This document shows positions 1 to 8,555 of a stretch of DNA of 64,000 bases, one piece after another (within the stretch, counting starts at the first letter, position 1; each line of letters opens with the position of its first letter). The notes below the pieces were generated by a model. It was not told the origin of the DNA, searched no databases, and was given only the letters and a program-made list of their open reading frames with translations. Source of the DNA: Patescibacteria group bacterium (GTDB lineage Bacteria; Patescibacteriota; Minisyncoccia; Phycocordibacterales; Phycocordibacteraceae); the NCBI GenBank assembly GCA_019752595.1, contig JAIELV010000001.1, positions 312,486 to 376,485 on the forward strand. Reading direction: 5' to 3'. A program made the position numbers and the translations under genes.

Positions 1-1
1 C

Positions 2-1204
2 GTAGCAGTCGTTCTTGGTGTTATTTTTTATCTTCAAAATTTTAATGCACAAGAAGTTGCATGTAATGCAATAGGCGAAGCGCGTGCCGAACTGCAGGCA
101 CAGTACGAAGCAGGGGTAAACGCAAGTGTGCAAGTTTTTGCCGAAGAAAAAGCAGTGACTGATGAACGCTTAAACCAGTGTTTGCATGCAAAACCAACCG
201 ACCCGTGTGCGGACGCGCAAAAAGCACGAGATGCAGCGGTAGAGAAGTACAACGGAATCGCATCGCCTGCAGATAACGCTCCGTACGCTGAATTTCAAAC
301 ATACTTCAACAAACGCGAAGACGCGTATCAAAACTACAAAAAAGCAAAAGATGCCCTCGACCAATGCAGGAGTGTGAATCCGCCGAAAGCCGAGGTCCCG
401 TACGAACAGTCAGACACCAAAGCATGTTTTGACGCGTACGATGCATCAGTTCAAGTAGCTCGAGACACATTCGATCGCGACACCCGTACCATGCGAACTG
501 CACTCACCTCTGCCCTTTCCGCTCTCGATGCACGTGAGAAAGCATGCAACCCTCCGAAAGGCAAAGAAAAATTTACGGATCCCCCGCCGACAGACGGTGG
601 TGAAGGACAGACAGACGGCCCTGTTCCAGTTGAGATTGCAAACTGCAAAATGATTAACGAAAGTCTTGATACAGAGCTTTTTATGCTTCGTAAAAGAGCT
701 GCCACCATTCCCGTGGAAATCCAAGGAGTTGAAGACAGTATAGAAAACATCCAGAAGCGTATGAGTCCACTACGACGCGACCTCGCGGACGTGGATACAT
801 ACATCCCACCAGAGAGCGCGAAGACGCAGTTTGAAGGTGCGTTGAATGCGCTCCGCGCTGAACGGAAAGTAGCTATCGAGGCTTCGCTTGATTTTTACAA
901 CAAATTGCTCGCTCGACGAGAAGCAGAAAAAACTGCGCTCCAGGAAGAACTTGCTGACGTAAATGCAAAAATTCAGGCACGCCTAGAGCAGATTAGAAAA
1001 GAAAATGAAGCTCGCCAGCGTGCATTCCCTACGTCTTTGCGCCTTGCAAAACCTGATGAATGCGAGTACTACCACTGCCACGGACTCTTGTGTGGAAAGC
1101 CCGACCCTGCGCCCAACAAGTGTGGTCATGGCTCTACGGAAGAAAGTGACATTGATTGCAAGAAATTCTTTGACTCGTACTTACAATCGGCGGGAGGAAA
1201 TTAG
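2..1204 (+). CDS. Membrane-anchored Cys-rich coiled-coil hypothetical protein (5' partial)
   Basis: Frame is open from base 2 (VAVVLGVIFYLQ, hydrophobic) into ORF 128..1204; long heptad-like helices and a Cys-rich C-terminus. Confidence 0.75.
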   Translation, partial: VAVVLGVIFYLQNFNAQEVACNAIGEARAELQAQYEAGVNASVQVFAEEKAVTDERLNQCLHAKPTDPCADAQKARDAAVEKYNGIASPADNAPYAEFQTYFNKREDAYQNYKKAKDALDQCRSVNPPKAEVPYEQSDTKACFDAYDASVQVARDTFDRDTRTMRTALTSALSALDAREKACNPPKGKEKFTDPPPTDGGEGQTDGPVPVEIANCKMINESLDTELFMLRKRAATIPVEIQGVEDSIENIQKRMSPLRRDLADVDTYIPPESAKTQFEGALNALRAERKVAIEASLDFYNKLLARREAEKTALQEELADVNAKIQARLEQIRKENEARQRAFPTSLRLAKPDECEYYHCHGLLCGKPDPAPNKCGHGSTEESDIDCKKFFDSYLQSAGGN

Positions 1205-1593
1205 CCAGTTTCCGATTTTTGGTCGACGAGTTTGAGGCGAGAAGCGACAAATTTCCGAATTAAGGGTAACGGCAGCGGCTCATCGTGTGGGAACTGAAAG
1301 GTACCCTTGCCTACTCGATATTTTGAAAGTAGTTTTTGTACCTCTGCGCTTCCCGCTGACGCAGGATACATGCCAATGCGTTTCTCAAACGCTGCAAAAT
1401 ACACCAGCCTTCCCGAAAGTTTGGTGCCGAATCTGTACGCAGGAATGTTGTAGTTTATAGTTTCTTCCGCTTTCGGCGCAACTTTCTTTATCAAGCTTCG
1501 AAGCGCGCGAAGTCGCGTCTGCACGTCTTTTGGAAATCCTTGAATGTATTCGCTAACCGTCTCTACTTTTCTGCCGTATCTATCATTTTTCAT
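1201..1593 (-). CDS. DUF1801/YdhG-like protein
   Basis: VSEYI...LRALRSLIKKVAPKAEETINYNIPAY...GKGTFQFPHDEPLPLPLIRK pattern; ATG at 1593 has TACACT 6 nt upstream. Confidence 0.8.
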   Translation of the reverse strand: MKNDRYGRKVETVSEYIQGFPKDVQTRLRALRSLIKKVAPKAEETINYNIPAYRFGTKLSGRLVYFAAFEKRIGMYPASAGSAEVQKLLSKYRVGKGTFQFPHDEPLPLPLIRKFVASRLKLVDQKSETG

Positions 1594-1612
1594 ATAGGCA
1601 GTGTAACGAATA

Positions 1613-1873
1613 TTACTCGCCAGGCAAAGGAATTCGTTTATACGAACCCCAGGACTTCGTCCACGCGTCGGTTTTCCATCGGAAAATAAAATGGACCGCA
1701 ATTGCTACTACCGTAAGAACAAAGAGTAATGCTCCTGCTCCGCCCCAACCGCTGAAAAAATACGTGACGGCAAAAATTACCGCCAACACGAGATATTTTT
1801 TTACTCGAAACTTCGCTGATTGCGCGTGCACCGCAACATGCAATTCCCTCTTCCAAAATTCCTTGAAAGTCAT
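1613..1873 (-). CDS. Small membrane protein
   Basis: Two hydrophobic segments; its ATG overlaps the stop of the upstream ORF. Confidence 0.65.
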   Translation of the reverse strand: MTFKEFWKRELHVAVHAQSAKFRVKKYLVLAVIFAVTYFFSGWGGAGALLFVLTVVAIAVHFIFRWKTDAWTKSWGSYKRIPLPGE

Positions 1874-2169
1874 TTGTCGTCTTTTTTTGGTGGTCCCCAC
1901 TGCCAGCGAGGTTTCTCGCCTTTTGCGTAGCAAATTCGTATGAGGGTAAACGTGAGTAGTGTAATCGGCAAAAGGAACGTAAACACAACTTCCCGTACGG
2001 GAGAACTTTCATCGATAGTAAATGCGAAGCATGAGACCGCTGCGATATACACCGCAATCACCGCCCACCCTTGCCACTTCACAGGAACCCAGCCCCAGCC
2101 GTAAAGCTTGGCTTTGAACCAGTACCCCTTTGGATTGTCTTTCAGGTACGCAATGTGTTCTTCAAACAT
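1870..2169 (-). CDS. Small membrane protein (WFKAKLYGWGW...GEKPRWQWG type)
   Basis: Two TM segments and Trp-rich motifs; TACAAT 6 nt upstream of ATG. Confidence 0.75.
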   Translation of the reverse strand: MFEEHIAYLKDNPKGYWFKAKLYGWGWVPVKWQGWAVIAVYIAAVSCFAFTIDESSPVREVVFTFLLPITLLTFTLIRICYAKGEKPRWQWGPPKKDDK

Positions 2170-2203
2170 CTATCAATTGTACCAAGAAGCACGCGAGCGC
2201 GGG

Positions 2204-2776
2204 TTAAATCGCCGCGCCGTCGCCAAGACCCATCTGCAGTTTGTACTGCTCAATGACTTCAGGATGTTTACCCTCCTTGCAGTCTGCGACAAACGCATGC
2301 GCGCTCGCACCGTCCGTGAATGTCATATAGGCTAGCGCGCCCTCGCATACAGCGTTTATGTTCAGTTTGCCTTGTACAGCGGGACCAGATTCGAGCATTT
2401 TCGTGACGGTAAAAATTCCTTTCATGTTGTAATTTGCCCACTGGTCGGTGCTCAGCGCTTCTTTAATCACTACAAAACCTTCTGCGGTTATGTGCTCACC
2501 ACTTTGGAACTGATTCATGGCATCGGCAGACGCACCAAAATTCACCGCATACCAATCGCCGTTATCGGTCTGAATACCGAATGCGCATTCCATAGTTTGC
2601 GGACCCGAAGTGTCCATATGCGGAAGACAGCCGTACGTGCCTGAAAGTGTAACGTTTTGCGGAGTGGCATCTAAATCCGTAACAGGTGCCTGCACAAACG
2701 TACCTGCAAATATAAAATATGCGCCGACAAGGACGGCAAGAATTCCTATAGGAATTAGTGTGTTTTTTAGAGTCAT
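2204..2776 (-). CDS. Membrane-anchored/secreted hypothetical protein with two Cys pairs
   Basis: N-terminal TM helix, CLPH...ECAFG and CEGAL...CKEG motifs. Confidence 0.75.
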   Translation of the reverse strand: MTLKNTLIPIGILAVLVGAYFIFAGTFVQAPVTDLDATPQNVTLSGTYGCLPHMDTSGPQTMECAFGIQTDNGDWYAVNFGASADAMNQFQSGEHITAEGFVVIKEALSTDQWANYNMKGIFTVTKMLESGPAVQGKLNINAVCEGALAYMTFTDGASAHAFVADCKEGKHPEVIEQYKLQMGLGDGAAI

Positions 2777-2876
2777 ATATGCGAATACAACAAAAAATTA
2801 TTTTATATCGTCTAAGACGGGCTCTTGCTCAGTTTCTTACATTATCGGACGAAACCGAACATCCTTGAAGAGACCG

Positions 2877-3503
2877 CTAGCGTGTGCCCGTTTCTGTCAC
2901 TGCGCCAGCGGAACCATTCGTACCTGCACCTGCATCAGTCTTAGCTACAACTTCCACAGCCCAAATGAAGTCGCACAAATATGGAGGCTTGCAGGGGCCC
3001 GTGTATATTCCGCTCACCGTTGCTTCGGTAACATTATCTACGTCTTTGGTTACGATAGGTTGATTTGTTTTCATTGCAGTTGTTCCATTTTGCCCTTGCA
3101 TCAACTGCCACACCTTCAGGCGATACGTGACTGGCTCCTGAGGCTTCGGAACAACAGGGGTCCATCGAAACGTAACCGACTGTACTGCATCGAGTTTGAA
3201 TTCTTTTTGCGAGTCCGTCAAAACCTTTGCTTGATATATGGGTTCCGACTTCACAACTGTATCGCCCGCCGTGTATTCCTTTGTTGGAGTATATTCTTTT
3301 TTTCCTGCAGGTGCGGCATCCCCGTCATCATTCATGTTAAGTGCAGAATCAATGGTGTCGCTAAATTGCGCTTCCGTGGGCTTATCTCCAGTTTGAAAAA
3401 AATCTTTTAAGATAGTGCGCGGTAAAACTGCATACAGGGCTCCGCCTACAACTGCAACAATTAGAATAATAACTAACGGGGCAATTCCTCTAGTGGATTT
3501 CAT
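2877..3503 (-). CDS. Surface protein with pilin-like N-terminus and a beta-rich (Fn3-like) C-terminal domain
   Basis: MKSTRG|IAPLVIILIVAVV leader; FRWTPV...VTYRLKVWQ...FIWAVEV beta pattern. Confidence 0.7.
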   Translation of the reverse strand: MKSTRGIAPLVIILIVAVVGGALYAVLPRTILKDFFQTGDKPTEAQFSDTIDSALNMNDDGDAAPAGKKEYTPTKEYTAGDTVVKSEPIYQAKVLTDSQKEFKLDAVQSVTFRWTPVVPKPQEPVTYRLKVWQLMQGQNGTTAMKTNQPIVTKDVDNVTEATVSGIYTGPCKPPYLCDFIWAVEVVAKTDAGAGTNGSAGAVTETGTR

Positions 3504-3534
3504 CTATTCACTATAATACTAAAAAGGCGCACCC

Positions 3535-3789
3535 CTATGCCCTGTGCGGGCACCCCGCCCAACAACACGGACGGCGCATTCCCCCTTTCATTTTTGAAAG
3601 CGCCTTTTGAATACGGATATTCCTCGTCTCGGCTTTCTTGCCTGAAATCACCCAGCAAATCCACTCATTCCGCGCCAAAGGCGTGATGTCTTCCCAAAGC
3701 GTTTTCACTTTCGGCAAAGAAACGACCGCTTTCTCTAGATCGCTCGGTATTTTGTGTATCGTACCTGAAGATATGCCCCTTTTAACCAT
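3535..3789 (-). CDS. YdeI/OmpD-associated family protein
   Basis: IPSDL...WEDITPLARNEWICWVISGKKAETR...RPCCWAGC. Confidence 0.85.
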   Translation of the reverse strand: MVKRGISSGTIHKIPSDLEKAVVSLPKVKTLWEDITPLARNEWICWVISGKKAETRNIRIQKALSKMKGGMRRPCCWAGCPHRA

Positions 3790-3849
3790 AGAGATTTATT
3801 CTAGCAAATTGGATATGCTACCCCACTTGGTACAAATTCGGAATCTTTC

Positions 3850-4407
3850 TCAAAGATACGGCGTAATGTCTCTGAGAAATGTAGGAAAGTCTGAATACAC
3901 AAAACCCTTGAATCCAGCAACTTTAGCGACATCTATATTCTTTTGCCCGTCATCAATGAAAAGAATTTCCCTCGGTTGAACGCCGCAACGTCGGACTGCT
4001 TCCTCAAATATTTCCTTGCTTGGCTTAATGAGTTTTAAGTCCGACGAAATCAGAAGAGGATTGAAAAGAGAAAATTTATCCGCCGCAATTCGTTCAAGTA
4101 AAGAGCGCGGGATATTGGTCAGTAGTCCTATTGTATATTTTCCTTTTAGTTTCTCTTCAATAAAACTGAAAAGTTCAGTATTGCGAACGGGCGCTGCATC
4201 TACGGCTCTGCGTATTTCAGTCTCAGCGACTTCTGCGTGTTCAGCAAGCTGTCGCACGAGTTCATCTTCCGACAAATCCCCTGAGTCCAGAAGGTCTAAT
4301 TTTTTCATCCACTGAGGTCTTTCGGACTCCGAAATATACGTATCTATCACTTTCTTATAGACGGGCGTGGAGAGAACACCAAAAAAATCAAATAGAATGA
4401 CTTTCAT
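3850..4407 (-). CDS. HAD-superfamily hydrolase (IA)
   Basis: ILFDFFGVL (motif I), LLTN (II), KP (III), FIDDGQKN (IV). Confidence 0.9.
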   Translation of the reverse strand: MKVILFDFFGVLSTPVYKKVIDTYISESERPQWMKKLDLLDSGDLSEDELVRQLAEHAEVAETEIRRAVDAAPVRNTELFSFIEEKLKGKYTIGLLTNIPRSLLERIAADKFSLFNPLLISSDLKLIKPSKEIFEEAVRRCGVQPREILFIDDGQKNIDVAKVAGFKGFVYSDFPTFLRDITPYL

Positions 4408-4458
4408 ACACTCAGTATAACCGAGCCGCTGGAGGAAGTTTTTTGAAAGTATTATTAA

Positions 4459-4848
4459 TTATTTGATGCGAACCAACTTCCCCTTTCGCTTCACGATGTT
4501 TTTGTAGTCCCACTGAATAAGCGTGGCCTTTTTAAGCCAACGCTTAACATCCTTTCCTACTACCTCTTTGGCATTCGTGTACATGATAGCGGAATCCTTG
4601 AACCTGCCTTTGCCAGGGGTCAGGTGAGGTTCGTCAAAACCTCTTCCGCTCCAAAACATGAGTTGCATTCCCGCTTTGAGTTTTGAATATCCGACAATAG
4701 GATTCCCGTCTAGAAACCACACAGGGTGGCGGTGCCATACTTTACTTTCTGCTTTTTTAAGACCTTTACTAATTTCCTTCATCAGAAGAACGGCAATTTT
4801 TTTGTCCTCTTTAGAAAGCTTTGAGTTGTAGAGAATTATGTCTTTCAT
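4459..4848 (-). CDS. DUF1801 family protein
   Basis: AESKVWHRHPVWFLDGNPIVGYSK...QWDYKNIVKRKG. Confidence 0.8.
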   Translation of the reverse strand: MKDIILYNSKLSKEDKKIAVLLMKEISKGLKKAESKVWHRHPVWFLDGNPIVGYSKLKAGMQLMFWSGRGFDEPHLTPGKGRFKDSAIMYTNAKEVVGKDVKRWLKKATLIQWDYKNIVKRKGKLVRIK

Positions 4849-4874
4849 ACAGGAACTATAGCAAGAATGCGGAC

Positions 4875-5180
4875 TTAGGCTTTTATAGAAATTGAGTAGT
4901 CGACGGTGTCTTCATGGTCAATTCCCTCCCTTCTTCGCACTTCTGCCTTCAACGGCAATAGATACGTTCCTGATTTCTTGTCGGGGAAAATTGAAGTTTT
5001 CCAAACCATTTTGCCAAGCTTGACCTCAACGGGGAGCGAGCCCCATCCGCGCGCTTTCTTTGCAAACGTTTCCTTTATTTCTTCCGAATGCTTTTTGGGA
5101 ATCGTCAGAAAATGCCACCCTGCCATGCCAGGGTATAACCACACTTTCGAACGAATCTTGTATTGCGTTTTTGCTTTCAC
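4875..5180 (-). CDS. DUF1905 family protein
   Basis: GWHFLTIP...GWGSLPVEV...WKTSIFPDK..YLLPLKAEVRRREG. Confidence 0.85.
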   Translation of the reverse strand: MKAKTQYKIRSKVWLYPGMAGWHFLTIPKKHSEEIKETFAKKARGWGSLPVEVKLGKMVWKTSIFPDKKSGTYLLPLKAEVRRREGIDHEDTVDYSISIKA

Positions 5181-5222
5181 AGCACTATTCTTGGCTGCCC
5201 GTCTTTACGAGGTTTATCTTTT

Positions 5223-5558
5223 TTATATATCCCGAGTAGTTGCCCATTCCGTTAACTTCTCACGAAGCCCTTGCTCCATGGCTATTCTGTTGTCAGGAAA
5301 ATTCCGCTCCATTTCAATATGATTATTCCTTCCAAGAACAATATGCCCAAGGGCAAGTGCGTCTTCTAGTTTGGTGCCTGACTCCATTGCAAGGCTTATA
5401 TGGTAAAGCTCTCCAAGAATTATTCTACAGTCTCCTGTCACTAGAAACGCTAATTCGCGTCGTTTATCTTTTATTTCCCTTAGATTCGGTTTGCCCCACA
5501 CCTTTATTAGAAATATATCCTTAAGAGATGCTTTAAGAATTTTCGGCTCACCGTCCAT
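5223..5558 (-). CDS. Hypothetical protein
   Basis: 111-aa ORF co-oriented with neighbours; TATACT 7 nt upstream of ATG. Confidence 0.55.
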   Translation of the reverse strand: MDGEPKILKASLKDIFLIKVWGKPNLREIKDKRRELAFLVTGDCRIILGELYHISLAMESGTKLEDALALGHIVLGRNNHIEMERNFPDNRIAMEQGLREKLTEWATTRDI

Positions 5559-5589
5559 GTGCGTCAGTATACCTGTTGCCCGTTTGGTA

Positions 5590-5609
5590 CCTGCCTACCG
5601 GCAGGCAGG
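5590..5609. repeat. REP-like palindrome CCTGCCTACCGGCAGGCAGG
   Basis: 20-nt imperfect palindrome followed by extra CAGG units; exact reverse complement at 27917..27936. Confidence 0.8.
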
Positions 5610-5654
5610 CAGGCAGGCGAAGTTGGAACCTCAGGGTAAAGGGGGCTGACCCCA

Positions 5655-5727
5655 TTTTCGGTCTTCTATACTTTGTATAATTCTGCGCTTGATTACCAAA
5701 TTTATTCTTATGCTGGTCTATTTTCAT
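5655..5727 (-). pseudogene. N-terminal fragment of a probable class I SAM methyltransferase
   Basis: MKIDQHKNKFGNQAQNYTKYRRP resembles the F..A..Y..YRP start of such enzymes, then runs into palindromic repeats. Confidence 0.4.
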
Positions 5728-5734
5728 AAAGTGC

Positions 5735-5915
5735 TGGCTGGGGAGCAGGGATTCGGTCACGAATCACTAAGTATTTTACTCCTAGTGCTCCTAAAATACT
5801 AAGTGTTCTCGACCCCGCCTCGCCTGCCTTTCGGCATGGCTCCGGCTTTCGAATCCTGACGGAAGCAAAACTATTTGCTTCCTCTCCCAGCAAAAAATCG
5901 CTCTACTATTTTTTG
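5735..5915 (-). mobile_element. tRNA-Gln 3' satellite element (structured insert duplicating the tRNA 3' end)
   Basis: 19-bp direct repeat 5737..5755 = 5915..5933; antisense copy of the tRNA end and nested hairpins between. Confidence 0.7.
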
Positions 5916-5986
5916 CTGGGGAGCAGGGATTCGAACCCCAATTAAAGGCTTCAAAGGCCTCTGTCCTACCATTAGACGACTCCCCA
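5916..5986 (-). tRNA. tRNA-Gln(TTG)
   Basis: Cloverleaf TGGGGAG/CTCCCCA, anticodon loop CTTTGAA, GGTTCGAATCC. Confidence 0.95.
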
Positions 5987-6109
5987 ATTACGTGAGGTAA
6001 TGTAACACGAAATACGTTTTCCGTGTTCAAATGCGAACGACAACGCCACCCAAAAAAAATTCCTTTAATGTCAGCGCGGTAATATGCTGAAATTAGAAAC
6101 GCGGACGCA

Positions 6110-7051
6110 TCAACCCACCTCTTCCTGGCTCAAAAGATATTTCAAGCCGCCTACAACCGCGGCTATCTGAGCATCAATGCAGACCTCAGGGCTAACCCTT
6201 GGACTATCGGGATACACCTCTGTGGTTGTGGTATATGCAGCGTTTGAAAAGCCTGCACACAGCTTGAGTTTCTTCACAGGATAGTTGACCACTCCTTCTT
6301 GCTCGAGTGCGGTTCCGATAAGATGGCCATGTTCATCAGGTTGAGCAATGTGAGTTACCTCGTTCACCGACTCTATGATAGCCCTCTGAAAATCTGCTTG
6401 CGGATTTTCAGAATCGCCGACAGCATAAAATCCATCGGGGATCTCCGACCACTCTTCGGCGACTCCATCTCGGTCGGCTTTTGCCGGTCGGAAAATGGTG
6501 TTGTCGGTATCGGTCGTTTCGTGAAGGTCAAAATGCGCGAAGGGCTGAACTTCTTTCATCGCATCCAAGAAAAGCCTGCACTCCTCCACCGGACTTTCCT
6601 CAGTAAACCAACGATTCGGGTCAAACGCACGTGAATTCCAACGGTTAACCGTCTCGTACGCCCATGGACTGATGCACGGCACGCACACAATATTAAACTT
6701 ATCTTCAAACTGTGCAGCTGCGCGTTCCATAAAACCGAGTGCGCCTTGGACACCACTGGTTTCATAACCATGCACACCACCTGTGATTAAAACCGTTTTT
6801 TTGTCAGGAGAAAAATTCGGAGATGTTAATGCATAGAGGGGGTAACGCTCCGGATCTTGAGAGAGTGCTCCGTATTGCTGAACGTGGAACCTCTCACCAA
6901 GTTCTTTAATCTTACTGACGACTTCCTCGTCATAAGAGCGTTTGATAATTTGCTCTTTGGACCAGCGGTCGACGTCTTCCTCTCGCCACTTCCAATCTTC
7001 CATTCCAGTCAAATTGGATGCGGTGGCTTCCTTGGAAAATTGTGTTGCCAT
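6110..7051 (-). CDS. M14 metallocarboxypeptidase / succinylglutamate desuccinylase-like protein
   Basis: GGVHGYE zinc motif, NRWN...DPNR, DLHE, TTTEVYP. Confidence 0.85.
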   Translation of the reverse strand: MATQFSKEATASNLTGMEDWKWREEDVDRWSKEQIIKRSYDEEVVSKIKELGERFHVQQYGALSQDPERYPLYALTSPNFSPDKKTVLITGGVHGYETSGVQGALGFMERAAAQFEDKFNIVCVPCISPWAYETVNRWNSRAFDPNRWFTEESPVEECRLFLDAMKEVQPFAHFDLHETTDTDNTIFRPAKADRDGVAEEWSEIPDGFYAVGDSENPQADFQRAIIESVNEVTHIAQPDEHGHLIGTALEQEGVVNYPVKKLKLCAGFSNAAYTTTTEVYPDSPRVSPEVCIDAQIAAVVGGLKYLLSQEEVG

Positions 7052-7193
7052 ACTTACTCCAACCTACCATCTAGGCAGTTCTCAATCAAATTCCGTAATA
7101 TTGGACTTCACGGCTTTGAATTATCCGAATGCAACCAAAGCCAGCAATCGAACGCAAGACATCCCCAGCTCATCCGTCTATACTGGTATGCAT

Positions 7194-8528
7194 ATGAGGC
7201 CGCTCCTTGCCATACTCCTGTTGGCACTATTCCCTTTTACATTCGCGTACGCTGAAACGCGTTCTATTTTGTTCCCCATCGACGGCGAATACAGTTTTCG
7301 AAACGACTTCTCCGAACCGCGGGACGGGGGTGCGCGCCAGCACTTAGGTATCGATATCATTGCAAGCAAAATGACTCCACTCGTTGCAGTTGCGGACGGC
7401 ACGATTACATTCATCGCAATCCCGCAGGCTTCGTGGGGCTACGCCATCACCCTTGAAGACGCAGATGGTTATTCCTACCGTTACCTGCACATCAACAACG
7501 ACACCCCTGGCACCGACGACGGTGTGGGGGGAACGCAATACGCATACGCGCCGAACCTCTACCGCGGAACGCGTGTGGTAAAAGGACAACTCTTAGGCTG
7601 GGTTGGAGATTCAGGAAATGCGGAATCCACAACGCCACACCTTCACTTTGAAATGCGCGATTCTTCGCGAACAGTATTCAATCCGTACGATTCTCTGTAC
7701 GCAGCTTCAGGCGGAATCACTTCAGGAAAATTTGAAGGTCTCACCACAAACCCCGGGCCCGAGGCAACACCCGAGGAAGAAGCCCAGTTCATTGCCACCC
7801 GCCAGCTACAGGAAGGACTGGTGGATAGACAGGTAGGTGAACTGCATACCAGACTCAAAATATTGAAATACTACACTGGCGAAATAACGGAAACGTATAC
7901 TGCAGCAACACGTGAAGCGGTTCGCAAATTCCAAAACACTGAAGGACTGGCGGCAACAGGTATTGCAGATTCTCTGACACAAAAACGCCTAGAAGAACGC
8001 GCGAAAGCAATCGCTCCTGTGCCCACACAGACCGCAACGAAAACAAGCACTGAGATGTCTCAAGGCTCATCAGGCGATGCAGTGAAAGCAGTTCAGGAAC
8101 AACTGATTGCGCTTGGCTACTTAAAATCAACTGCAACAGGATATTTCGGCCCTTTGACGCACGACGCCGTGATTGCGTTTCAAAAAGCAATGGGTATAGA
8201 CCCTATTGGCATCGTGGGACCAAAAACAAAAGCGGCACTTACAACCACTACTCCATCTACCGCTACTACCTCGGCAACTTCGGCTACGCCCGACCCGACA
8301 ACCGCGTCCACATTTACATTTACAAAACGACTTGAAGTCGGCGTTGCTAACAGCGAAGTAAAAGAGCTTCAGAAATTACTTTCAACTCTTGGATATTTTA
8401 AAGAAGAAGCCACAGGCTATTTCGGTAACATCACAAAAACAGCGGTGATTGCATTCCAGAAAGCAGAAGGTATAGAACCTTTAGGATTTGTGGGGCCCGC
8501 CACCCGCGCTGCCCTCAACGCAAAATAA
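7194..8528 (+). CDS. M23 peptidase with three peptidoglycan-binding domains
   Basis: Signal peptide, HLGID and HLHFE motifs, repeated V..LQ..L..LGY...TGYFG..T..AV..FQ...G.VGP.T domains. Confidence 0.9.
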   Translation: MRPLLAILLLALFPFTFAYAETRSILFPIDGEYSFRNDFSEPRDGGARQHLGIDIIASKMTPLVAVADGTITFIAIPQASWGYAITLEDADGYSYRYLHINNDTPGTDDGVGGTQYAYAPNLYRGTRVVKGQLLGWVGDSGNAESTTPHLHFEMRDSSRTVFNPYDSLYAASGGITSGKFEGLTTNPGPEATPEEEAQFIATRQLQEGLVDRQVGELHTRLKILKYYTGEITETYTAATREAVRKFQNTEGLAATGIADSLTQKRLEERAKAIAPVPTQTATKTSTEMSQGSSGDAVKAVQEQLIALGYLKSTATGYFGPLTHDAVIAFQKAMGIDPIGIVGPKTKAALTTTTPSTATTSATSATPDPTTASTFTFTKRLEVGVANSEVKELQKLLSTLGYFKEEATGYFGNITKTAVIAFQKAEGIEPLGFVGPATRAALNAK

Positions 8529-8555
8529 AAAGTGCTATACTAAGTATAGCACTTT
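8529..8555. terminator. Hairpin between convergent genes
   Basis: AAAGTGCTATAC-TAA-GTATAGCACTTT, 12-bp perfect stem. Confidence 0.7.

Noticed and set aside
2610-3410. 266-aa plus-strand ORF
   Set aside because: Antisense shadow of two better-supported minus-strand genes; no motifs.
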